64,000 bases of DNA from Coriobacteriia bacterium (GTDB lineage Bacteria > Actinomycetota > Coriobacteriia > Anaerosomatales > SLCP01), in NCBI GenBank assembly GCA_007121015.1, contig SKMN01000003.1:4413-68412 (forward strand), given 5' to 3'. Positions 43,578 to 52,605 of this stretch are shown piece after piece (position 1 is the stretch's first letter; every line of letters begins with the position of its first letter). The notes beneath the pieces are model-generated. The model did not search any database and was not told the DNA's origin. It worked only from the letters and a program-made list of their open reading frames with translations. Position numbers and translations under genes: made by a program.

Positions 43578-45133
43578 GACACCGGCAGGACGAGCGTGAA
43601 CACGGCGCCCCCTGAAGGACTCGGGCCGACCGTCAACCCGCCTCCGAGCATCTCTGCGAGCCGGCGGGATATCGCCAGTCCGAGTCCGGTCCCGGGACTC
43701 TTCGCGAGGCGGGGATCGGGGCCCTGGTAGAACGTTTCGAAGATGTCCTCGTAGGAGTGGGGCGGGATGCCGATGCCGGTGTCCGCGACGGAGACCTCGA
43801 CCCGCTCACCGTCCCGCGCATCGATCGTCACCGTCACAGCGCCCTCTTCGGTGAACTTCACCGCGTTGGACAGGAGGTTCAGGAGGATCTGCTTTACCTT
43901 GGCGGGGTCGGTATGGATCCTCTCCGGGGCACCGGCGCCGCTACGGACGTCGAGCGCGAGCCGCTTCTCGAGAGCCATCGGGCGCACGGTGTCCACGCAG
44001 CCCCGCACGAGCACTGCCAGGTCCACCGGCTCGGTCATGACGCGCTCGACGCCCGCCTCGATGCGGGAGAGGTCGAGCATGTCGTTGATGAGTACGAGCA
44101 GGTGCTTGCCGGACGCGTTCACCATGGCGAGCTGTTTCACCTGCTCATCGTTGAGTTCCCCCGCCATCCCCCGGAGCATGATGTCGGTGAACCCGATGAT
44201 CGAGTTCAACGGGGTCCGTAGCTCGTGGCTCATCGCCGCAAGGAACCGGTCCTTGGCCTCGGTGGCGGCCTGGAGGCCGAAGTTCGCGTGCTCGAGCTCT
44301 AGGGTCCGCTCCTCGACGAGGCGCTCGAGGTCGTCCCGGTACGCACTCAGCTCAGCCTCGGCCTCCTTGCGCTGACCGATCTCCTGGTTCAGCATCACGT
44401 AGGCGCGCTCGATCTCGTCGGCCATCTCGTCGAACGCGTGCGCGAGTTCGGCCACCTCGTCAGACCCGCTCGTGATGCCGGTCCGGTACGACAGGTCTCC
44501 GCCGCCCAGACGGACAGCGGCGGTCTGAAGGTCGATGAGCCTGCGAGTGACATCGCGCTCGGTCACCACTGCATTGACGAACACCGCGATCATCCCGAAC
44601 CCGGCCACTACCGAGGACGCCACGATGATCGCCAGCATCGTGGCAAGCACGTGCCGGCTGGTCTCGTCCCCGAGGGCCACGAGCTTCGTCACCATCTGCT
44701 GCATCTCTATGAGCATCTGCGCGGCAAGCCGCTCCCGGTATTCCCGCGACACCTGCTCGGCTGCCGCCCCGGTGACGACCTCGTCTCGCGCCTCGACCAA
44801 CCGCTCGAACATCTCTCCGACGCGGCGGTAGTTGGCGAGCAGTTCTAGGGATCGCAGTGCGTCGGGGTCCTCGGCGAGAATCGATTCGAGGTCGACTTCG
44901 AGCGCGGCGTACTTCCCGCGCCACTGCCGCTCGGCGCGCGGCTCGAGATTCATGACGAAATCGGTCGTGAGCATCGAGAGCTCGAAGGCTCCATTAAGGG
45001 ACCCGGCGATCCGGTCGTTCGTCCGCACGGCCGACCTGAGCTCGAAGAACCCTCCGGCAACCACGACCACGAGCGTCACGGCTACAAGAGCCATGGCGAC
45101 GCTGCCGAGGCGGATGCGCGTCGCGGCTCTCAC
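43547..45133 (-). CDS. sensor histidine kinase (TM - sensor region - HAMP - HisKA - HATPase_c)
   Basis: H-box AMSHELRTPLNSIIGF, N-box LLNLLSNAVKFT, and DTGIGI / GTGLGLAI are present, with two TM segments flanking a ~150-aa extracytoplasmic region. Confidence 0.9.
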   Translation of the reverse strand: MRAATRIRLGSVAMALVAVTLVVVVAGGFFELRSAVRTNDRIAGSLNGAFELSMLTTDFVMNLEPRAERQWRGKYAALEVDLESILAEDPDALRSLELLANYRRVGEMFERLVEARDEVVTGAAAEQVSREYRERLAAQMLIEMQQMVTKLVALGDETSRHVLATMLAIIVASSVVAGFGMIAVFVNAVVTERDVTRRLIDLQTAAVRLGGGDLSYRTGITSGSDEVAELAHAFDEMADEIERAYVMLNQEIGQRKEAEAELSAYRDDLERLVEERTLELEHANFGLQAATEAKDRFLAAMSHELRTPLNSIIGFTDIMLRGMAGELNDEQVKQLAMVNASGKHLLVLINDMLDLSRIEAGVERVMTEPVDLAVLVRGCVDTVRPMALEKRLALDVRSGAGAPERIHTDPAKVKQILLNLLSNAVKFTEEGAVTVTIDARDGERVEVSVADTGIGIPPHSYEDIFETFYQGPDPRLAKSPGTGLGLAISRRLAEMLGGGLTVGPSPSGGAVFTLVLPVSQRSGLNTAP

Positions 45134-45140
45134 GGCCGAC

Positions 45141-46145
45141 TCACCTGATGACCTCTACCCGCGACGGGTCGACGGCATCGAGCGGATCCATGTCGAAGTA
45201 ATCGAGGAAGTCCGGCATGTGCTCGGCCTCCGTCAAGCCGCTGGCGGTCGCCCACCGCACCTGGTCCTCGAGGGCGAGTAGCAGCCCCTGGTCGATGCGT
45301 ATACGGTACTCGCCTGCGCACAGGGAGTCGCAGGCCTCTTCAGGATCCAACCCGAGCCGCTCGGCGACGATCGGCACCGCCTCGTCGCACACTTCCGCGT
45401 CCGCCCCGGGTTCGAACGCCACGAGCGCGCGCATGAGCCGTATCCGTACCGACGCATCGAGATCGGGCGCGACGCAGACGTTCATCGTCTTGAGATAGAG
45501 TCCCGGCTCCTCGAAAACGAGCACCTCGCTGCCGAGGGACTCGACCAGCTCTGCCACGAACGGCTCTCGCAGCGCCCCTGCGCCGAGCCGCCCGCTCGCG
45601 AGCCCGTCGGCGACCGCGTCGAACGGCTCCAGGCAAAGGTCCACGTCTTCTGACGCGATGCCGTGCCGGGAAAGGAAGGTGGCCAGGAACGCGTGTGCCG
45701 CGGTACCCGGCGCCGTCGCGATGCACGCGCCTTCGAGCTCGCGGGGGTCGTCGATCCCCCGGTCCGCGCGCACCACGACCTTGATGTCGTTGTCCGACGA
45801 CGCGATCGTGGCGAGGACGTCGAACCGTGCGCCGTCGAGTGCCGCGAACACGATCGGGGTGTCGGCACACGTCGCCGCATCGACCTCGCCGGCCACGAGC
45901 GCCTCCATACACGGCTGGCTGCTCGGATACTCGACGATCGTCACGTCGAGGCCCTCGGCCGCGAACGCCCCACTCTCTTGCGCGATGAAGACGTTTGCCG
46001 ACAAACACTCCCGGGAGACCGCCAAGGTAAGAGACGTCGGCTCGGCGTCGAAGCCGTTCTGTGGGTCTGTCGGCGCACAGCCAGCCGCCAACGCGAGGGA
46101 CATGATGAGGACGAGCGCAGTCTTTGCGTAACGGGAGAGACCCAT
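45141..46145 (-). CDS. periplasmic substrate-binding lipoprotein (NMT1/SsuA-like fold)
   Basis: The start is at ATG 46145 (GGAGG SD), with lipobox LALAAGC. It resembles the SBP at 7068-8054. It ends 7 nt upstream of the histidine kinase, and no ABC permease or ATPase is adjacent. Confidence 0.65.
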   Translation of the reverse strand: MGLSRYAKTALVLIMSLALAAGCAPTDPQNGFDAEPTSLTLAVSRECLSANVFIAQESGAFAAEGLDVTIVEYPSSQPCMEALVAGEVDAATCADTPIVFAALDGARFDVLATIASSDNDIKVVVRADRGIDDPRELEGACIATAPGTAAHAFLATFLSRHGIASEDVDLCLEPFDAVADGLASGRLGAGALREPFVAELVESLGSEVLVFEEPGLYLKTMNVCVAPDLDASVRIRLMRALVAFEPGADAEVCDEAVPIVAERLGLDPEEACDSLCAGEYRIRIDQGLLLALEDQVRWATASGLTEAEHMPDFLDYFDMDPLDAVDPSRVEVIR

Positions 46146-46273
46146 GGTACCTCCGTGCACACGTGTCGCGCGCCTACGAACGGGGCCCGGGAGATGTCCA
46201 TGGCCCACGACGGAACGATACACTACCGGGACGTGCCGCCTTCTCGTACTATCGGCATGTTCGCCGCTCCACT

Positions 46274-47536
46274 CTACGGTTCGCGGACGACCGGGCAGGT
46301 CATGCAGTGGCATCCGCCTCGGCCTTTGCCGAGCTCCGCACCCTCGATCTCGATGACCTCGACGCCCGCTTCGCGAAGCCGCGCGTTGGTGTGCGTGTTC
46401 TTCGAGTATGCGATGACCACGCCCGGTTCGAGCGCGACCACGTTGTTCGCGTCGTCCCACTGCTCGCGGGCGGCTTGGAAGGTGTCTCCGCCGGTGGCGA
46501 CGACGCGAACCTCACCGATGCCGAGCGCATCGGTGACGGCGGCGTACACGTCGGTCTCCTCGGCGATGTCGAAGTGCCCCTTCCGGTCACTCGGGTAGAT
46601 GCTGTAGACCTTCATCGCGTCGACCACCGGACGGTACGCGATGACCACCTCGCGGTCGACGAACCCGAATACCGTGTCGAGATGCATGTACGCGCGGTCC
46701 TGCACCATGCGGCACGCGATGATCCGCTCGGCCGCCTCGGCCTCGAAGAGCGCGTCCGCCATGTGCTCGACCATGCGTCCCGTCGAACGCTCCCCCATAC
46801 CTACAAGCACGGTCCTGTTGCCGATGGGCATCACGTCTCCGCCTTCGAGTGACACCTCCTGGCCGAGGTCTTCGACCGCGAACCGTCCCGCGTCGCCCTC
46901 CGGCGGGTACCAAAAGGAGAACTCGGCCGATGCGAAGCGCGGGTGGTAGCGGTAGATGAATGACAGGTTCACCACTTCGAGGCGACGTGCATGCCAGAAG
47001 AGCGGCGGCAGCACCACCCCGCTGTAGAGCCATGCGCTCGAATCGCGCGTGAAGAGGCTATTGGGGAGCGGCGGGAGAACGAACGTGTCGTGGTCGGCGA
47101 GCACGGCGCCGAGGGAGCGGCGCGAGAGCTCGGCGATGTCGGCGCCCTCGATCTCCGAGAGGAGCAACCCGCCGATGAGGGCCTCGGCCAGGTCGGCCGG
47201 GTCGAGACCGGCGAGGTAGCTCTGCAACTCGCCGACGAGCGAGAGTCCGACGGTGTAGGAAGAGACCGCGCGCTCGACGATCCCGTCGCGCGCCTCGGCA
47301 GAGTGCGCCAGCGTCTCTGCGAGCAGTTCCTTGACGTAGAGCACTTCCACGCCACGGCCGCGGAGCACGTCGGTGAACGCGTCGTGCTCCTCCCGGGCGC
47401 GCTCGACCCACACGAGGTCGTCGAAGAGGAACTCCTCGCGGTTGGCGGGCGTCAGCCGTTCGAGCGCCCGGCCAGGTCGGTGCACCAGCACCGTGCGCAG
47501 CGCGCCCACCTCCGAGTGCACGCCGATCGAACCCAT
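46274..47536 (-). CDS. arcA: arginine deiminase
   Basis: GVHSEVGALRTVLVHRPG, FDDLVW and the C-terminal catalytic GRGGCHCMTCP are present. No arcB or arcC is nearby. Confidence 0.9.
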   Translation of the reverse strand: MGSIGVHSEVGALRTVLVHRPGRALERLTPANREEFLFDDLVWVERAREEHDAFTDVLRGRGVEVLYVKELLAETLAHSAEARDGIVERAVSSYTVGLSLVGELQSYLAGLDPADLAEALIGGLLLSEIEGADIAELSRRSLGAVLADHDTFVLPPLPNSLFTRDSSAWLYSGVVLPPLFWHARRLEVVNLSFIYRYHPRFASAEFSFWYPPEGDAGRFAVEDLGQEVSLEGGDVMPIGNRTVLVGMGERSTGRMVEHMADALFEAEAAERIIACRMVQDRAYMHLDTVFGFVDREVVIAYRPVVDAMKVYSIYPSDRKGHFDIAEETDVYAAVTDALGIGEVRVVATGGDTFQAAREQWDDANNVVALEPGVVIAYSKNTHTNARLREAGVEVIEIEGAELGKGRGGCHCMTCPVVREP

Positions 47537-47685
47537 GGCTCTCCCTTCGCGAGACCTCGTGTCTCACGGTACTCTAACTCCTCGGGCCCCTCACCGTCAC
47601 AGCCGCACCCCCGTGCCAGACTCGCGATATCCTATCGCCGTGGCCCTGCCCGTACTCGCACCCGAATGCACCGAGGAGTGATCGC

Positions 47686-47862
47686 GTGAACCTCAAGGCC
47701 GTAGCCATCGTGCTCGCAGTCGTCATCGGCCTCGCCGCATTCACGGCGGCGGGCTGGGCGGGGTACCGTTCGACCACGACGCGCATCATGGCCGACACGC
47801 CGACCCCGGGCCCCGATCATCCGTCCTCGGGCTGCGTTTGGTGTCACGTCGTCGAGCCGTAG
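47686..47862 (+). CDS. unannotated 58-aa single-TM peptide ending in a CxxCH motif
   Basis: The GTG start lies 7 nt after GAGGAG. Third-codon positions are strongly G/C, as in the genes of this window. The product is MNLKAVAIVLAVVIGLAAFTAAGWAGYRSTTTRIMADTPTPGPDHPSSGCVWCHVVEP. It falls just below the length of the shortest entries in the supplied ORF track. Confidence 0.5.
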   Translation: MNLKAVAIVLAVVIGLAAFTAAGWAGYRSTTTRIMADTPTPGPDHPSSGCVWCHVVEP

Positions 47863-47883
47863 CACCTCGCCGTGACGGAGCCG

Positions 47884-48360
47884 TCACGTGTCGCGCGGCT
47901 GCTCGCCCGAGCCGAGTTCGGCGAGCAACCGCCGCAGCGTCAGGGCGAAACGCTCCCGGTCATCGTCTTCGAACGCCGAGGGTCCCCGTGTCCGGCCCCC
48001 GGCTCTGCGGTGCCGCTGCTCGGCGTGGCGGACAGCGAGCTCCATGTCGATGGTCTCGGCACGCCACCGCCGGCCGCGCGGGCTCACCGCGTGGGCCCCT
48101 CGGCCAAGTGTCATCGCGGCCAGACCGGTATCGTGGGTGACGACCACGTCACCCGGTTCGAGCATCTCGACGATCGCGAAGTCGGCGCTGTCCCGGCCGG
48201 TACCGACACGGACGGTCTCGACACTCTGGTGACGCGCGTAGCGCTCGAGGTTCTGCGTCTCGTTCCCTACGATCACGACGGACACGTGCGCCTCGCGTGC
48301 GACCGCGAGCGCCTCGCGTGTCACCGGGCATGCATCGGCATCGACGTAGAGAGTGGGCAT
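47884..48360 (-). CDS. YaiI/YqxD family protein (DUF188)
   Basis: MPTLYVDADACPVTRE...VVIVGNETQN...VVTHDTGLAA is the UPF0178/DUF188 pattern. Confidence 0.8.
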   Translation of the reverse strand: MPTLYVDADACPVTREALAVAREAHVSVVIVGNETQNLERYARHQSVETVRVGTGRDSADFAIVEMLEPGDVVVTHDTGLAAMTLGRGAHAVSPRGRRWRAETIDMELAVRHAEQRHRRAGGRTRGPSAFEDDDRERFALTLRRLLAELGSGEQPRDT

Positions 48361-48528
48361 GGCCGTCAGTGTACCCTGCCGAGGAACCCTGTCGCTCGCG
48401 CTTTCCGCCGACGAGTCTCTTCGTTCGCGTGCTTCCGTACCCGACAGGTTCGGCGGCGCTGGGGAAGAATCTACCTGTCAAGTGCATCAGGCCCCACCGT
48501 AGGGGCCTCTGGATCGGGAGGTCGACCC

Positions 48529-48966
48529 ATGGATCTGTTCGCGAGGACCTGCAACACGGAGCGGATGAACATCGCACGCCTCCTAGCACGGATATTCCTC
48601 GTCATCGGGGGGCTCATATGGGCGATGATGGTGTTCGCGTCGAACACCGCAGCGAAGTACGCGGACCTCACGTACACCTTGACCGAGGTCATCGAGGCAG
48701 GATTCTCCGCACTCCTGCCTCTGTCCATCGCGATCTTCGTGTTCGTGGTCGGCCTGTTCTACGAGCGTCTGGCGGCACTGTTGCTACTTCTCGCCGCCGC
48801 GGGCACGGTCGTGTTCGGCTTCGTCATGGGCTGGGAGACTCCCCTCCTCTGGGTGAACGTCCTGCTCGTCGTCGTGTCCCCGCTCGTCATCGCCGCCGTG
48901 CTCTTCCTGCTTGCGGCGCGCACCCAGCGCATCTGCGAGCTCGAGGGCGTCCCGGTCGAGGAGTGA
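48529..48966 (+). CDS. hypothetical membrane protein (4 TM)
   Basis: The start is at ATG 48529 (GGGAGG SD). The upstream 219 aa of the ORF-track entry are antisense of yaiI. No family was recognised. Confidence 0.55.
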   Translation: MDLFARTCNTERMNIARLLARIFLVIGGLIWAMMVFASNTAAKYADLTYTLTEVIEAGFSALLPLSIAIFVFVVGLFYERLAALLLLLAAAGTVVFGFVMGWETPLLWVNVLLVVVSPLVIAAVLFLLAARTQRICELEGVPVEE

Positions 48967-48971
48967 TACGC

Positions 48972-49262
48972 ATGCGACATCTTGCGATACCGGTCCTGCT
49001 CGTCATCGCGGTTCTGGCAGTCGGCTGCGCACCGCAAGGAACGAACGACGGTGGGGGTGACGGCCTTCATTCCATCGTCCCGAGCGTGACCGGCATGACG
49101 ATATCGGAGGCGGAAGCGACACTCGATGACGCCGGGTACGTCATCGGCACGATCGAGGGTGACATCGACGACCCGGAGGCGGTCGTCATCGACCAATCAC
49201 CGATCGCGTCGACGTCGCATCCGTGGGGCGCCGAGGTGGACATCGCGGTCACGGCGCCGTAG
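48972..49262 (+). CDS. stand-alone single-PASTA-domain lipoprotein
   Basis: The 96-aa product has lipobox LAVGCA followed by VPSVTGMTISEAEATLDDAGYVIGTIEG...VIDQSPIAST..GAEVDIAV, a single PASTA-like module. Confidence 0.65.
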   Translation: MRHLAIPVLLVIAVLAVGCAPQGTNDGGGDGLHSIVPSVTGMTISEAEATLDDAGYVIGTIEGDIDDPEAVVIDQSPIASTSHPWGAEVDIAVTAP

Positions 49263-50777
49263 TCATCGTCGTGGGCCGAGCACGACCGCGGCCGAGGCGA
49301 TGACCTGTGACACGACCGCGAGCACCGCGATGAATTCGAGACGGCCCGCCCACATCTGGAACATGTAGACGAGCTTGAGTCCGAGCGGCATCTCGGGCGC
49401 GGTGATCCCTGTCGACGGTCCGGAGTTGGCGGTCGCAGATATCGACTCGAAGAGTGCCGCGGGCGCGTAATACCCGTATGCAGCGCCAACAAGTCCTCCC
49501 GCCACGTAGACCGTCACGTATAGGGCGAACGTGAGCGTCGCTGCGCTCGCGATCTCGGGGGTCAGTATCCTCTTGCCGAGATGGTAGTAGCGCGTGACGA
49601 CCGCCGCCGAACGTGGCGACACCGCAGACCTGATCGCCTGTCCGATGGCCTTCAGCGTGAGACCCAGCCTGAGCGCCTTGATCCCACCGGCGGTCGAGGA
49701 CACCGCGCCGCCGAACGCCATCGCGAGCATGACGGCGGAGAACATCGTCGTGCTCACGTCGAGCGTCCACTGCTCGGGATAGAGGGTCTGATGGCCGGCG
49801 GATTGTGCCGACACCACGTGGTACATGCCGGTGCGGACCACCGACAGCGGCGTGTTGAAGAACCTGCTCGCGGACAACCCGATCGCCGCAAGCATCGAAA
49901 GACCGAAGACGCTCACCGCCAGGGTGCGCACCTCGAGACTACGCCACAATTCTGCACGGTTCCCTCGCCACACCTGAGCGTGGAGGCTGAAGTTGAGGAA
50001 GCCCGCCACCATGAGGAACATCGTGCCCGCTTCGAACAGCACGCTGTGATAGTACGCGGCGTTCATCGACTGTGGCGCGAAGCCGCCGGTGTCGTAGGTA
50101 GCGATCGACGCCCAGAACGCGTGCAACGTAGCTCGTATAGGATCCATGCCCAGATACGAGTTCACGCCGAGGAGTATGAACGTGCCGATCACGATGTAGG
50201 CGACCGTCACGAACCAGATGAAGCGGGCGGTGTGCAGCACGTTGGGCAAGATACGCTCGTCTCGGGCCTCGGCGACGTACAGTGAGAACGCGCCGCTGCG
50301 CAGGCCGACCGACAGGGACAGTGCCGCAACCACGATTCCCTGACCGCCTATCAACTGGGTCAGGTGGCGCCACATGTTATGGGAGTGAGCCATGTGGTCG
50401 AGACCCGTGACGAGCGTGAGGCCCGTCGTGGTAAGTCCTGACAGTGCGTCGAAGACGGCGTCGATGAAGGACACGTAGTGGCCGGAGAGCGCAAGTGGCA
50501 CGGATGCCGCGAGGGACGCCACTACCCAACTCAAGGCGGTGATCGCGAGCGCCTGGGAGTGCGAGACGGAAAGCCGGACGGGCTTGGCGTGCATCATCGC
50601 CGCACCGGCGGCGCAGGCGATCCCGGCGCCCGCCAAGAAATCGAGCGCGGGCCCCCACTCGCCGAGGACGACAGCCACTACGAGCGGCACGGTCATCGAT
50701 GCACCGATCCCGATCAGGAGCACGCCCACGTAGTGCACGATGACGAGGACGTCTTCGAGGTGGAGTCGCGGCCACAT
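49263..50777 (-). CDS. trkH: TrkH/KtrB family potassium uptake protein
   Basis: It is a polytopic protein with repeated M1-P-M2 units (LSGLTTTGL, ATYDTGGF, VSSTAGGIK, SATANSGPS pore-loop glycines). The start is at Met150 of the ORF-track entry. Confidence 0.85.
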   Translation of the reverse strand: MWPRLHLEDVLVIVHYVGVLLIGIGASMTVPLVVAVVLGEWGPALDFLAGAGIACAAGAAMMHAKPVRLSVSHSQALAITALSWVVASLAASVPLALSGHYVSFIDAVFDALSGLTTTGLTLVTGLDHMAHSHNMWRHLTQLIGGQGIVVAALSLSVGLRSGAFSLYVAEARDERILPNVLHTARFIWFVTVAYIVIGTFILLGVNSYLGMDPIRATLHAFWASIATYDTGGFAPQSMNAAYYHSVLFEAGTMFLMVAGFLNFSLHAQVWRGNRAELWRSLEVRTLAVSVFGLSMLAAIGLSASRFFNTPLSVVRTGMYHVVSAQSAGHQTLYPEQWTLDVSTTMFSAVMLAMAFGGAVSSTAGGIKALRLGLTLKAIGQAIRSAVSPRSAAVVTRYYHLGKRILTPEIASAATLTFALYVTVYVAGGLVGAAYGYYAPAALFESISATANSGPSTGITAPEMPLGLKLVYMFQMWAGRLEFIAVLAVVSQVIASAAVVLGPRR

Positions 50778-50788
50778 AGCGTACCCGA

Positions 50789-50917
50789 CTACACGAGAAC
50801 GCTGACAAGTGCGGTGAACAGGGCCAGGACCACGAGCGTTCCCGCGAACACGGCGACCTCGATGAGGAGCCCGCTCTTCCACCTCTCGAACGGGCTCAGG
50901 AACCGGTGGCTCTGCAT
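50789..50917 (-). CDS. unannotated 42-aa hydrophobic peptide immediately upstream of trkH
   Basis: The ATG lies 7 nt after GGGAGGG. The product is MQSHRFLSPFERWKSGLLIEVAVFAGTLVVLALFTALVSVLV. Third-codon positions are G/C-rich, and the TAG stop is 11 nt before the trkH ATG. Confidence 0.5.
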   Translation of the reverse strand: MQSHRFLSPFERWKSGLLIEVAVFAGTLVVLALFTALVSVLV

Positions 50918-51303
50918 ACTTGGGCCCTCCCATCAGCACGGGCGTCTTCCATGTCTCCCCGTCCAGGATACCCGAGACGCCGCGGGAACGTCGGCTCATC
51001 GGGACCGGTGACGGGCATCGAGGAGCGCGGCGCGTTTGCGCTGGACCGGTCACTCCGGTAGGGTGGTTGAGCGGGTTCGACTCGTGCGAACCGTGCGCTG
51101 CGTTTCGAGGAGTAGAGCTGACAACGTGGGCATCGTTCCTTCTTGATACGCCTCGACCTGGCCGAGGAATACTTCGTGCCATCATGCGTCTGATGACGCA
51201 CCGCGGACGTGTGGAGCGTCCCACAGCAAGACAGCGCGAACGACAGCATCACAAGCACGGGCACCGCGGTGCCCGGTGGCAACACATCGCACGGAGGTGG
51301 TCC

Positions 51304-52605
51304 GTGGACGACGTCAGGCACACGATAGAGGTCGAGGGCGTTTACAAGGTGTTCGGGCGACGCGCCGACACGGCCTTGAAGATGCTGCACGAGGGCCACG
51401 ACCGCGACGCGGTCGAGGAGGCCACGAGTGCGGTGTGCGCCGTCATCGACGCCTCCTTCAAGGTCGCCGAGGGCGAGATATTCGTCATCATGGGGCTGTC
51501 GGGGTCGGGCAAGTCGACCCTCGTGCGGACCCTCAACCTCATCCACCCGCCCACGACCGGTGTCGTACGCATCAACGGGACCGACATCACGACACTCTCC
51601 CCGCGCAGGCTGCGCGAACTCCGAACGAGCACTGTCAGCATGGTCTTCCAGCACTTCGGCCTCTTCCCGCACCGCACGGTGCTACAGAACGCCGAGTGGG
51701 GGCTCGAGGTGGCCGGCCTTCCCGTCGAGGAGCGTCACGTCAAAGCGATGGAGGCGCTCGAGCTCGTCGGCCTCAAGGGGTGGGAGGATTCCTACCCGGG
51801 CGAGCTCTCGGGCGGCATGCAGCAGCGCGTCGGGCTCGCCCGCGCGCTTGCGACCGACGCCGACATCCTCCTCATGGACGAGGCGTTCAGCGCGCTCGAC
51901 CCACTCATCAGGGGTGAGATGCAAGAGCAGCTCGTCGAGTTGCAGCAGACACTCAAAAAGACGATCGTCTTCATCACGCACGATCTCAACGAGGCGATGT
52001 ACCTCGGCGACCGCATCGCCGTCATGAAGGACGGCCGGATCGTGCAGATCGGCTCTGCCGAGGAGATCCTGCAGGACCCCGCGAACGACTACGTCGAAGC
52101 GTTCGTCCAGGACGTGGACCGGTCGCGCGTACTGACCGCCTCCTCCGTCATGGAGGAGCCCATCGCCACGATCCTACGGCGTGAGGGCCCGAAGGCGGCG
52201 CTCAGGACGATGCGCCAGCGACAGGTCAGTGCGCTCTTCGTCGTCGACCCCGGCCGCCGTCTCGTCGGCGTCACGCTCGACGACGACGTCATGGAGGCTG
52301 TGCGCAGCGGAGAGCACTCGCTCGACCCGATCACCACCTCGGAGGTGCCCACCGTCTCTCCCGACACTTTGCTGGCAGACCTTCTCGTTCCCTCTGCGGA
52401 AAGCAGGCTGCCGCTTCCCGTGGTCGAAGACGGCAAACTCGTCGGCGTCATACCCCGCGTCACGTTGCTGGCCGCGCTGGCCACGGGAACCCCCAACGGT
52501 GTGGCCGACGGCCCCGCAGATGACGGCGCCCTCGAAAGTGTCGCGGAGCCGGCTGCTTCGCACGAGCCGCCTGGATCGCCCGATGCCGAGGAGGTGAGCG
52601 AGTGA
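51304..52605 (+). CDS. proV: glycine betaine/proline ABC transporter ATP-binding protein with tandem CBS domains
   Basis: Walker A GLSGSGKSTL, signature LSGGMQQRVGLARAL, Walker B ILLMDEAFSALD and a C-terminal CBS pair are present. The start is placed at GTG 51304 (GGAGG SD, 6-nt spacer). Confidence 0.85.
   Translation: MDDVRHTIEVEGVYKVFGRRADTALKMLHEGHDRDAVEEATSAVCAVIDASFKVAEGEIFVIMGLSGSGKSTLVRTLNLIHPPTTGVVRINGTDITTLSPRRLRELRTSTVSMVFQHFGLFPHRTVLQNAEWGLEVAGLPVEERHVKAMEALELVGLKGWEDSYPGELSGGMQQRVGLARALATDADILLMDEAFSALDPLIRGEMQEQLVELQQTLKKTIVFITHDLNEAMYLGDRIAVMKDGRIVQIGSAEEILQDPANDYVEAFVQDVDRSRVLTASSVMEEPIATILRREGPKAALRTMRQRQVSALFVVDPGRRLVGVTLDDDVMEAVRSGEHSLDPITTSEVPTVSPDTLLADLLVPSAESRLPLPVVEDGKLVGVIPRVTLLAALATGTPNGVADGPADDGALESVAEPAASHEPPGSPDAEEVSE

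Noticed and set aside
46274-47536. arcA considered as part of an arginine deiminase pathway island.
   Set aside because: No arcB, arcC or arcD is adjacent. A solitary arcA is noted, but there is nothing further to support an unusual system from this window alone.
50918-51303. A c-di-AMP (ydaO-type) riboswitch between trkH and proV.
   Set aside because: This is attractive biologically. However, only loose fragments are found (CGAACCCGCUCAACCACC and ACGGGGAGAC, minus strand). They are in the wrong order relative to the conserved ydaO blocks. It is left as an open check rather than a call.
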